Source: Octopus sinensis
Lineage: Eukaryota
NCBI RefSeq assembly: GCF_006345805.1
Contig: NC_043003.1
Location: 27,714,001-27,778,000 of the forward strand
DNA length: 64,000 nucleotides
Direction of reading: 5' to 3'
The translations under genes and the position numbers were made by a program. The number at the start of each line of letters is the position of its first letter. Within the stretch, counting starts at the first letter, position 1. Below the pieces are notes generated by a model, which worked only from the letters and a program-made list of their open reading frames with translations, had not been told where the DNA came from and searched no databases. This document shows, piece after piece, positions 52,701 to 63,902 of the stretch.

Positions 52701-53346
52701 GGCGTAGGAGTGGCTGTGTGGTAAGTAGCTTGCTTACGAACCACATGGTTCTGGGTTCAGTACCACTACGTGGCACCTTGGGCAAGTGTCTTCTACTATA
52801 GCTTCGGGCCGACCAAAGCCTTGAGTGGATTTGGTAGATGGAAACTGAAAGAAGCCCGTCATATATATGCATACATATATATATGTATATATATATATAT
52901 CATCATCATCATCATCATCGTTTAACGTCCGTTCTCCATGCTAGCATGGGTTGGACGGTTCGACCGGGGATCTGGGAAGCCAGAAGGCTGCACCAGGCTC
53001 CAGTCTTATCTGGCAATGTTTCTACAGCTGGATGCCCTTCCTAACACCAACCACTCCGTGAGTGTAGTGGGTGCTTTTTACGTGTATGTACGTATGTATG
53101 TGTATGTATACGTTTGTGTCTGTGTTTGTTCTCCCAACGTCACTTGACAACCGATGCTGGTGTGTTACGTCCCCTTAGCTTAGTGGTTCAACAAAAGAGA
53201 CCGGTAGAATAAGTACTAGGTTTACAAAGAATAAGTCCTGGGGTCGATTTGCTCAACTAAAGGTGGTGCTCCAGCATGGCCACATTCAAATGACTGAAAG
53301 AAGAGTATATATATACACTAATTTATAATTATATTAAACACGCTAG

Positions 53347-53398
<52 letters not shown>

Positions 53399-53439
53399 TG
53401 CATTAAATGAAGAAGCAGTGATGAATGAAAATTCTGTAA

Positions 53440-53622
53440 ATAATAATAATCCTTTCTTCTAAAAGCACAAAGCCTAAAATTTGTGTGAAGGGGGCTAGTC
53501 TATTACATCAACCCCAGTCTTTCAGTGATACTCAATTTATCGACCCCAAAAGGATGAAAGTCAACTCGACCTCAGCAGAATTTGAACTCAGAACATAGCA
53601 ACCATTCTGCCAACTCGCTGCT

Positions 53623-53654
<32 letters not shown>

Positions 53655-54193
53655 TTAACGTCCGCTTTCCATGCTAGCATGGGTTGGACGGTTCAACTGG
53701 GGTCTGGGGAGCCCGAAGGCTGCACCAGGCCAGTCAGATCTGGCAGTGTTTCTACAGCTGGATGCCCTTCCTAACGCCAACCACTCCGAGAGTGTAGTGG
53801 GTGATTTTATGTGCCACCGACACAGGTGCCAGACGAGGCTGGCGAACGGCCACGCTCGGATGGTTTTTTAATAATAATAATCCTTTCTACTGGAAGCACA
53901 AGGCCTGAAATTTGGGGGAAGTGATTAAGTCGACCCCAGTGTGTAACAGGTACTTATTTAATCGACCCCGAAAGTACGAAAGGCAAAGTTGACTCAGAAC
54001 ATAACGGCAGATGAAATACCTATTTCTTTACTACCTACAAGGGGCTAGATACAGAAGGGACAAACAAGGACACAAACACGAAAGGTTGAAAGGCGAAGTC
54101 GACCTCGGCGGAATTTGAACTCAGAACGTAGCGGCAGATGAAATACCACTAAGCATTTCGCCCGGCATGCTAACGAAGCTGCCAGCTCGCTGC

Positions 54194-54195
<2 letters not shown>
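53440..54195 (-). mobile_element. Nested family C and family B SINE cluster
   Basis: C 53440-53620, B 53624-53870, C (compound) 53870-54195. Confidence 0.8.
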
Positions 54196-54273
<78 letters not shown>

Positions 54274-54335
54274 AATAATAATAATAATGGTAATAATAAT
54301 AATAATAATAATAATTATTATTATTAAAATAATAA
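54195..54335. repeat. (AAT)n(GAT)n(AAT)n microsatellite
   Basis: Direct reading. Confidence 0.95.
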
Positions 54336-56289
54336 TAATTTCTTTACTGACCACAATAATAATAATCTTAAAGCTCATAAGCGATCACTGTTTATTGGTT
54401 AACGAAAATAGTCTAATATTGTGGGATATAAGCTCTCAACGAAAAAATATGGGAATCGAACCACATCTCATACAATCGCGATAAGTGTGCTAACCGATTG
54501 CAGCAACCTACCCACTTTAAACTTATAATTATTATTTGCAGAATATGCATGTGTGTGTGCACAGATATATACTTACATACGTACAATATATATCATATTA
54601 CATATAGTGTTAGTTAGATGCAGTATCGGACCAGATTTACATAAGAACGATATACAGAATTTTTGTTTTTCGTTTGTTTGTTTGTTTGTTTTTTTTGTTT
54701 TTTTTTTGCTAAGAGTTGGTGATGTGGGATAGAAGCCTTCAAACTACTCTCGCATTATTTGCAATCGATATCGATTAGTCAAGCAATCAATCAAATTACT
54801 CAGACATAAAGCGTATATATGTTAACCACATACATTCTCATACACACATATAGATAGATAGATTTAGATATATGCGAACATGTAGATGCATATATATGTA
54901 TATATATATATATTAAAATTAGGGGTTGTTTGGTGAAGCATTACACACACAGCACATACATAAAGACGTAAATACATACGTACGTGTATTTATATACGTG
55001 TGCAAATGAGAAATTTTTATAGGGCGGGAAATTAGCATTAACAGTAATGACAAACAAAATTTTTTGCAAAATTTATTTACGGCTTTTCAATCGAAGTTCA
55101 AATCCTACTGATATCAACTTTGTTGCTTTTTCCTTCCGGGTTCTCTAAAATAAAATACCAGCCAAGTACCATGTTGGAATTAATCGACATTTTGCCCCAC
55201 CATCATATTTACGAGGCCTCGTGCTTACATCAGAAATTCATACCTATCTGAGCGTACCGTAGCTGTTTGATGTGTTGTGTATGTATATACACACACACAC
55301 ACACACTTACATAGAAAGATATGTGAAATGTTTATATATGTGCGTATCTATCTATCGATTGGTAAATAGATGAGTGTGATAAGTGGGTATATATATATAA
55401 ATAAATCTGATGATTGTACATAAAGATAAATAGATTTTCGTCATCATTTGATGTATATGTGTGTATATATGTATTTATTTATATACCTTTCGAAATACAT
55501 TGGTAAAATATAAACAATACATATATGTATGACTGTGCGTGTACATATGCAAAATATATGTATGTATACACACAGGTGCGTTTTTGTATGTACTTTATAT
55601 GTAAGTGTGGATTGGTGTGTATATGCGGGCTTCACCTATAGATATATGTTTGACGATCTTTTACTATGTTCTTAATTAGTGCCTGTAAATGTTTTAATCA
55701 CACGTGTTACGTACATCTAAACTCACTCACACGCATGTACTTATACAAGCTTACGAATTTAAACGACCTGAATATTCAGTAAACAGTGAAAATGAGACAG
55801 GTGAAAAAATTGCGAAAATATGGTCTGCTCGACACGACAGAAGGAAGAATAGCAGAAAATAAAAAAGGAAGGGGATTGCGAACGTTAACATACGTTTCGG
55901 TGATGCTACAAATCTAAATGAAATATATACAAACCGAGATACTAGTGGGATATTAAGTTCTGAAATAGTGAATAATACTGTTAATAATAATTAAATTATA
56001 TATATATATATAATATAAAAAGTTAGAGAGTGCTTCTTTTTCGGATTTATGTTCTACCGACGATGTATATATAAATTGCCACGAGGGAAACAAATGTTAG
56101 ACAAAATACAAAATGAAACTAAAAAATAGAGGCAATGTTTTCTAATACAGGTACAAGAAAGATCAAAGATTTTGAAGAGGGGTACAGTTCAATGAAATCG
56201 ATTTCCTTAATAATTAATTGGGACAAAGGATGAAAAGCTAACAGACCTCGACGGGGATTGAACTAAGGTATAATTAAATATTACAAGGT

Positions 56290-56378
56290 GGCGAAGGTAA
56301 AGTATACGCACACCCGGTGTTTAGGGTTAGTTAGGATTACATCGAAAACGGGTGGTGTGCGTATTCTTTATCTCCGCC
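56290..56378. other. 89-nt imperfect inverted repeat (hairpin)
   Basis: GGCGAAGGTAAAGTATACGCACACC pairs with GGTGTGCGTATTCTTTATCTCCGCC (about 25-bp stem, 2 mismatches, 1 G.U); loop contains TTAGGGTTAGTTAGG. Confidence 0.75.
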
Positions 56379-56828
56379 GTATCTGAACGTTCCAAATTCT
56401 GCCACTGCACAGCTTCGTAAAAATAATAATAATAATAATAAAATAATATGGTATTTTTTGTTTTTGTTTTTTGGTCACAAAGGCAACGGATAAGGCGGGG
56501 AGTATGAGAAAACTAAAATTACGAAAACGGTAGGGGTTGCGTAAAATCGATTGTAAAACAAATATATAAATATAAGATAAGCGAAGTAAACAATGATTAA
56601 TTAATTATAACAATTATGGTTTCAGTTATTAAATCAATATCTTTTTAAAAAATGTTAGAAATCATCATCATTGTTGTTATGAACTGTTATTAATGTAGTT
56701 TAATTATATTTCTATAGCATACTCCTCAACGTGAACTCCTTTTGCTTTATTTAATACTCCGATGTCCATCCACATAAAAAAAGAAAACAATGACAGAAAC
56801 AAAAATTATAAGGGTTTATGTATGTTTG

Positions 56829-56834
56829 ACTTAC
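56829..56834 (-). other. Canonical 5' splice donor (CAG|GTAAGT) closing the PTB exon
   Basis: Plus strand acttac|ctg at 56829-56837 is minus-strand CAG|GTAAGT, a perfect consensus at the end of the PTB domain. Confidence 0.85.
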
Positions 56835-57701
56835 CTGGTTTTCTTCGGGTGCCATGAATACATGGCAATGAAAATCACTGTTAAGTTGAGGTCGGGTAAG
56901 ATAAGCGAAACATCGCGGTTCCTGGTGAGATTCTGCAAACCTCGACACACCTTGTAATTTGTGTTCGAACACAATAAATTCTTTGGTGTCTGTTTGTAGC
57001 GTATTGCTGTCACCTTGACATTCTTGAGACGACAATGATGGTAGAGCAGCTGTCGACTGAATTGCCGAAGACGTGGTATTTGTATTAGGGCTCGTTGCTC
57101 TGATGTGTTTTGCATGTTCGGAAGAGTCTGCAGAAGAAGTACTCAGGACCTGTACACCCCTGAGACTTATCTCCCGCACTTCCAGACGAATTTCGCGAAA
57201 GCCATCGGTTTTTCTCTTCACTTCGGCCACTACCCATGGCATTACCAAATGTGGAGACGAATATCGCTTGTCGATGGTAGCCGATCCTAGGTAAAGTACC
57301 TCAAAAACTGTTCGATGGTACTGGTTAGTGGCATGACTGCTAGCCACACTATTACTGGTAGACATCTCTGAAGCTATAGTAGATGTTGGTGTTGATGCCG
57401 AGGCCTTGGCGCCAGTATGTGTATGGTGAGTACTAGAAACATTATTACTGTTACTATAACTGCTGTTGTTATTGTCGTTGTTGTTATTATTATTAATATT
57501 GTTGTGATGGCGGTGATGTTGTTGATGTTGGTGTTGATTAGCAGCTGTATTGGGACTATGAGCTGCACCGCTTTGATCCGACGAAGCATCAGGGCTCGTC
57601 ATTAGAGGTGAAGACTCTTCTTCGTCATCCGCTTCTTCCAGAGAATATCTTTCCCCATCCTGCTGCCCAACGTAGCAGGTTTTTTTACCCGCCAAACTCA
57701 T
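56835..57701 (-). CDS. TBC1D1/TBC1D4: First coding exon of a TBC1D1/TBC1D4 (AS160; Drosophila pollux) family Rab GTPase-activating protein: low-complexity N-terminus plus first PTB domain (289 codons)
   Basis: ORF 56751-57803. First in-frame ATG at 57701-57699 (tttataATG, A at -3). PTB signature FEVLYLGS...MPWVVAEVKR...FEHK...CFAYL...CHVF; PWVVAEV(R/K)R is characteristic of TBC1D1/4 PTB1. The ORF reads into AAC CAG|GTAAGT at 56835/56834; 867 nt = 289 codons, phase 0. Confidence 0.9.
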
Positions 57702-58645
57702 TATAAACGAAGCAGAGGATTGGAAGAATCGACACTCGGGTAGAAGTTTCCTTCGATTATTCTTTTCTGTCTTCACACATAAACTTACACATATGCTTCT
57801 CACTCTCTCCCACTATGTCTTTTCCTTTCGTTTATCTATCTGTCTATCTATCCATCTATCTATACGTCTGCCTATCTTTCTATGTACGTCGGTCTGTCTA
57901 CCTACGCCAGTCTATCTATCCATCTATCTATCTATTTATATACACACATACATACATACATGTATATAATATAATATATACATACGATTTCTAACTTTTC
58001 AGTTTTAGCATAGTCCACCGAGATTTCTTATCCATGTACTGTCCTCTCAATGTATGTAAACCTGTTTGTCTATGTGGACGTGTGTACATGTGTGTGTGTG
58101 TGTGGATGTGCGTAAATATGTGTATATCGTACATGTGTTGTTTGCCTTTTTCTCTTCACAAATAGGAAAACGATCAGAATGTTTCAACTTTCGATTGCTT
58201 GTAAAATCTTTCTTCTTTTCTCTCTCTAGAGAACACCTCTTCTACCGTCCATTGTGCAGCGACGACTGATGATTCCACTTCACATCTGGCAACAATCTCC
58301 GCTACCTGCTACTACTGCTGCTGCTGCTATTACTATTATTACTACTATTACTACTATAAACAGTGTCTAGAGACTGATTGATATCGTAACATTCATACAC
58401 ACTCTGATATATATCGGTGTGTGTGCGTGTGTGTGTGTGTGAATGTTTACATTTAATAGCTTGGAGGATGACTGAATAGAAAGAGTAAGAGGGGCGTGGG
58501 AGAGAGGGAGATAGACACAGCGGTAAAAGAATAATGAGAGATGGTAGCGTAAAATAAATAGATAGGTATACTGATATAAGGGGAGTGAGAGTGTGAAAGC
58601 GACAAAAATATGTAGTGAGAAAGACAAAATACACAGACACACAAA

Positions 58646-58697
<52 letters not shown>

Positions 58698-58796
58698 GGG
58701 GAGGGATAGAGAGAAGCTGATATGTAGACAAAAGGTGAGATAGAAAGATATTGAGGAATTGAAAAGAGAAACAGGTAGATCACACGACCGACCGAC

Positions 58797-58854
<58 letters not shown>

Positions 58855-59341
58855 GATTTGCACAGAAAAGAGAGAGCTTAGCCCAGAAGGAAGGGAGAAG
58901 TTAATACAGAAGAGAAGAAGAGAAAGACGGGGAAAAATGAAGACCAGCTGAGAAATAAAGGAATATCGTAACAGAGGGAGGGGGATTAGAAAGAAAGGAA
59001 GAACAGAATGTACTTTTCCTCTTCACCCCACTACTACTTCTCTTTATTCTTTCTCTTTGTCTTCTTTTCTCTGTTTCTCTATCTACCTCGTTCTACAGCT
59101 TTTCTCATTTTCCATATTTCAATGCCCCCTTTCCTCCTCTAACAATAGATACGTTGGTGCAAACTGTTTGCATATGCAAGTGTGTATGTATGTATGTATG
59201 TATGTATGTATGTATGTATGTATGTATGTATGTATGTATGTATGTACGTATGTGTGTGTGTGTGTTTCTGTATATACAAATACATACATTAGTGTACAAG
59301 CCACTACACACATTTTTCTCTCTCCTTGATTTTTTTGTGTC

Positions 59342-59379
59342 CCTTCCTGTAGAAGAGCGTAGGCTCGAAACGTAAAAGA
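59342..59379 (+). ncRNA. Minimal type I hammerhead motif (A6U family), inside family D element about 59302-59472
   Basis: CCTTC-CTGTAGA-A-GAGC-GTAG-GCTC-GAAA-C-GT-A-AAAGA; intact palindromic ACGT stem III and GUA triplet. Confidence 0.7.
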
Positions 59380-59520
59380 CTTTTTCTATTCCTGAGCGTT
59401 ATACTAATACATCTGTTTGTTTTGTACACCACCTGTCTTCGTCTTTTGTTGTTTTTTTTCGTAAACTCTCCCTATATATATATATATATATATATGCATA
59501 CATACATACATATATATATA

Positions 59521-59595
<75 letters not shown>

Positions 59596-59687
59596 TGCAT
59601 ACATACATTTTATCAATAAAGCTGCAAAGACATCACAAAAACTGTTACTCAGAGTTTCATGTTCCCGTTCGTGTATATAAATATACA

Positions 59688-59907
59688 CGAGCCGGATGCT
59701 GAAAAGTCCCTGGCTTTAAATAAAAGAGAATATCGGAGGCTCAATTAATTATGATTTTCTTCAACATGTTTCCCTCTCAGATTCACACACTTATTGCAGC
59801 GGTCCTTCAGTTTTTCCAAGCCCTGTAAAAGAACTCGGAAGGTTCGACCTCCAGCCAGGTCTTTCTCGACACCTTTAAAGCCAGGAACTTTTCTGCATCC
59901 CGCCTTG
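59688..59907. mobile_element. Mariner-derived MITE, about 220 bp, both TIRs present
   Basis: Left CGAGCCGGATGCTGAAAAGTCCCTGGCTTTAAA, right TTTAAAGCCAGGAACTTTTCTGCATCCCGCCTTG-TA; minus strand encodes only the transposase tail (LEKLKDRCNKCVNLRGKHVEE). Confidence 0.88.
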
Positions 59908-60185
59908 TATGTATGTATGTATGTATGTATGTATGTATGTATGTATGTATGTACGTATGTATGTATGTATGTATGTATGTATGTATGTATGTATGTACGT
60001 ACGTACGTACGGATGTATGTATGTATGTATGTATGTATGTATGTATGTATGTATGTATGTACGTACGTACGTACGTACGTATGGATGTATGTATGGATGG
60101 ATGGATGTATGTATGTATGTACGTACGTACGTACGTACGTATGTATGTATGTATTATGTATGTATGTATGTATGTGTGTGTGTAT
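59908..60185. repeat. (TATG)n/(TACG)n/(GATG)n microsatellite
   Basis: Direct reading. Confidence 0.95.
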
Positions 60186-60198
60186 GTATACATAAATA

Positions 60199-60393
60199 CA
60201 TGGTAGAAGTGAACTCATAACCGAGTAAGGCCAATTTATAAACTCAGTAAATCTGTCCTAACATTCTGAGAGTCAAAACAGTTGCTGTGTGTGAATTTCT
60301 TTTGAGTAGATAAAGTTTTGCACAGCACTGAACCTATTTTTCAGCGCAACCAGCTTATAAAACCAGCGACACAAGAGAGGTTGAGACGACCAG
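60199..60393 (+). repeat. Family J repeat copy
   Basis: catggtagaagtgaactcataaccgagtaaggccaat...gagtagataaag..ttgcacagcactgaacc...gttgagacgaccag. Confidence 0.8.
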
Positions 60394-61240
60394 AAACTAA
60401 TTGCGCTTTTCTTTTAATTATGCAAGTTCGCCTCCTCTTCGGAGGAATTTCTAATGAGAACTAGAGGTACTTCACTTACAGTGGTTCACGAACTAGTTAA
60501 GCCATAGCTGAGAGCCTAAAATCTGTTACTACTCCGGGTTAGAGTAGATCTGGGAAGTACAGAATGCAGTTTAAAGTTATATCCAGGACATACATACATA
60601 CATACATGCAAGCACATGTGTGTGTGAGTGCATGGGTACGTATTGAAAATTCACTTCTAATATTACATAAAAATTATTTCCATGACGTCACAGCCTTAAC
60701 TGAGCCAGTCGTCAATATTGATTCACCAGTAAACCCCATAATGCTGACAATGCGCGTGGGCTGGAGAGCTGGATGGCTAGAAGTGAATTCATTTCATGTT
60801 ACATTTAAACATATGTAAACTCATACGTACATAGTTGCCCCATCTCTTTCTCTTCACACACACACGCACACACACACACACACACACGAGTTCTGAAAGA
60901 GACGTGCTTCTGTTAGAGGTCCGCGAAACTTTAAGTCGCATCGAACCGAATCAAGCTGTTTTAAATAATATATCTAACTACTACTAAATGTGTTGAGTAC
61001 CCTTTTCTTTCCTTTATGCACTCACTGATACACCACACACACACACACATACACATGTATTTGTGCATTTATGTGTGTGTGTGTGAGAGAGAGAAAAAGA
61101 GGACCGATTTTTAACCACTGTTTGTTCCCTGGTCTACGCTGATCCGGAGTAGTATGGGGTAACTAGTTTGTTGACAACCGGAAAGGAAGGACGCCCTAGT
61201 TCATGATAGAGCTTCTTTCCAAGAGAAGGTAATCTAGTAT

Positions 61241-61470
61241 ATAACTTAGAATAACTTAGAGAGGTTTTGGCCAGTATTGGCCCAGGCCATGTCTAACTTA
61301 GCAAACCTCAAGTGCAGCTGGTCGTCTCAATCTCCGTTGTGTCACTGGTGTTATAGCTGATTGCGCCGAAAAGTGGGTTCGGTGTTGTGCAACATTTTAT
61401 CTACTAAAAGAAAATTCTTGCACAGGAACGTCCTGGGCAGTTTTTCATTGGTCTTACTCGGTCACGAATG
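61241..61470 (-). mobile_element. Family J copy ending in a CR1-type LINE 3' terminus and a (TCTAAGTTAT)2 tail
   Basis: 61318-61470 is the reverse complement of family J; 61262-61300 matches LINE end 62261-62299 at 37/39 nt. Confidence 0.65.
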
Positions 61471-62228
61471 TACAGTTAGACGTATGGTTACTAGTGTATG
61501 AGTTAGAGTCCATGTAGATTATCATTATCTTATTTAGCTTCTAGTATAGTAGTTGACTAACCACTGCACTTAGCGGTGTTACTAGTTATAATATACATAC
61601 CAATATAATCATTTAGTTCTTTCGTATGTTTCGCCATCACAGTTATGGGGAACTCAGCATTCTGAGTACATCTTGAATACCTAACCGTAATGGATCATCA
61701 GGTGAACTTTGCATTCTCTGTAAAAGAATGCAGTAAGGATGATTCTTTATAGTTAGGTATCCAAATTTACTCCGAACAGCCAATGCTGATTTCCTTAAAA
61801 CTGGAATGGTAAAATGTCAGTAAGAACTAAATGTTTATATTGGTGTTAGATTTCGATGGTGATCTTTTTAATGTTTGTAAATGATTTTCCACAATAAACT
61901 TGCACTTCATTTTAGAAGCACCGACGAAGCTCTACGATGATGCACGAGCACTCAACTCTGAGCATAGTGTTTCTTACAGCAGAAACATCTGTAGGCTAAT
62001 GAAGTGTTGATTATATAATTCCTGTTCCTGTTTCCGTTCCATTGTCATTTATTTAATTTTATACATACATACATACATACATACATACATACATACATAC
62101 ATACATTCATGCGTACGTGCATGCACGCGCGCGCGCACATCTATGTGTGTGTGTGTATATATATATGTATGTATATATATGTATATATATATATGTATGT
62201 GTATATATATATATATATGTATGTATAT

Positions 62229-63606
62229 ACTTTGATACTTTGATACTTTGATACTTTGATAGGTTTCGGCCATTATTGGCCCAGGCCATGTCTAACTTAA
62301 TAGCACCACCTGGTGAAGTCTTTCAAGTCAGAATTTGGGCACTATGGCCCACTCAAGTAGAGAGTTATTGTTTACAGAGACATGTCCAGGTGTAGGGGGT
62401 TTATCCGGGATTTCTTGAAGGAATCTGTCCAAAGACTTCTTGAACCCTATAGGGTCAGTTTCTGTTTTAATGTGTTTTGGTGTAATGTTAAAGAGAGCGG
62501 GGCCAATTGAGGTGAAATAATTGTGCCGTATTGTTGTTATGAGATGAGAGTGCGATTTTTGTTTTGGGCGGATGGCACGGGGCCCAGCCTTGGATGTACC
62601 TTAAAGGTGATGCCAACATCATTTGGGCAATGCTGATGGAATTTTCCACATCATGCAGATGATGTAGCGCTCACGACGACGTTGGAGAGAATAGAGTTTT
62701 AGCTTTTCTAGCCGACCCCAATAGTCGAGGCCTGTCATGCCATCTATCTTTTTTGTGATTGCCCTTTGAGGTGCTTCAACTTTTATGATACCTGTATTTT
62801 TGTGGGGAGACCACAGTGGACAACAGTATTCAAGGTGGGGTCGGGCAAAAGTGGAGAAGAGAAGGATAATGTGTGGATATCTCTCGACTGGAAAGTTCTG
62901 AGAATCCAGGAACACATTCTGCGGGCCATGTCAACTTTGGTGTTTATATGAGTGGCCCGCTTACGTTGTTGTCCACAATTACTCCCAATCTCTGATGTTG
63001 TTGGACGCCGTGAGAGTTTCACCTGAAGGAAGGGAGTATGGGAGTTTCAGGGCATCCTCTTTTCCAAAGTGGATTAGCTCAAATTTATCCTCGTTCAGCA
63101 GCATATTGTTTTTTTCTGCCCATTGGATAACAGCCAGTAGATCTGACTGAAGGCATGTCCGGTCACTCGCCTCATTTATGACCTCTGTAGCTTGGAGTCA
63201 TCTGCAAAGATTTTTATGTTGCTGTGCTTGATGATGTCATTAATGTCATTAATGTAAATGATGAAAAGAAGTGGCCCAGCACAGTGCCTTGCGGAACGCC
63301 ACTACTGACTTTGGTTGGGCTTGATTTTACCCCTTCAACTACAACATGTTGAGATCTGTCTGTCAGGAAACACTTAATCCATTTCAGTAACTTTCCAGAG
63401 ACAACCAATGTTGGATAGCTTTTTTCAATAGGATCTTGTGATCTCGACCCTGTCGAAGGCCTTACTGAAATCAAGGTAGATGACATCGGTGTTGAGCCCT
63501 CTCCAAAGCTCTCAAATGTCCTCAAAGTGATGCAGGAGCTGCGTTAGGCAGTCCCTTCCATTACGGAACCCATGTTGGTTGGAGATCAGCCGTCTGTTGC
63601 TTTCCA
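62229..63606 (-). mobile_element. 5'-truncated CR1/L2/Jockey-group LINE with (TATCAAAG)n tail
   Basis: Minus-strand frames give ISNQHGFRNGRDC, YLDFSKAFDRV, SGVPQGTVLG, IYIND..FADDSKL, RPHLEYCCPLWSP, LKLYSLQRRRERY; frameshifted; four 8-bp tail repeats at about 62229-62260. Confidence 0.92.
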
Positions 63607-63611
63607 TATAT

Positions 63612-63668
<57 letters not shown>

Positions 63669-63866
63669 TATAAATTAATGTTATATATATATATGTATGT
63701 ATATATATATATATTATATATGTATATATATATGTATGTATATAGATATATATATATTATGTAATATATATTATGTGTATGTATATATAATATATAATAT
63801 ATATGTATGTATATATATATATATATATGTATGTATAATATATATAGATATATATATAATATATAT

Positions 63867-63902
<36 letters not shown>

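Larger units (their letters stand above)
1..56834 (-). other. Presumed intron of the TBC1D1/4-family gene (at least 56.8 kb, includes an unsized gap)
   Basis: Lies downstream of the donor. No TBC1D1/4-like exon 2 recognised; sequence is TE and microsatellite dominated. Small exons could have been missed. Confidence 0.6.

Noticed and set aside
57702-57803. 34-codon N-terminal extension from the GTG start used by the ORF track
   Set aside because: GTG initiation is not expected here, there is no acceptor site or homology, and the ATG at 57701 has good context.
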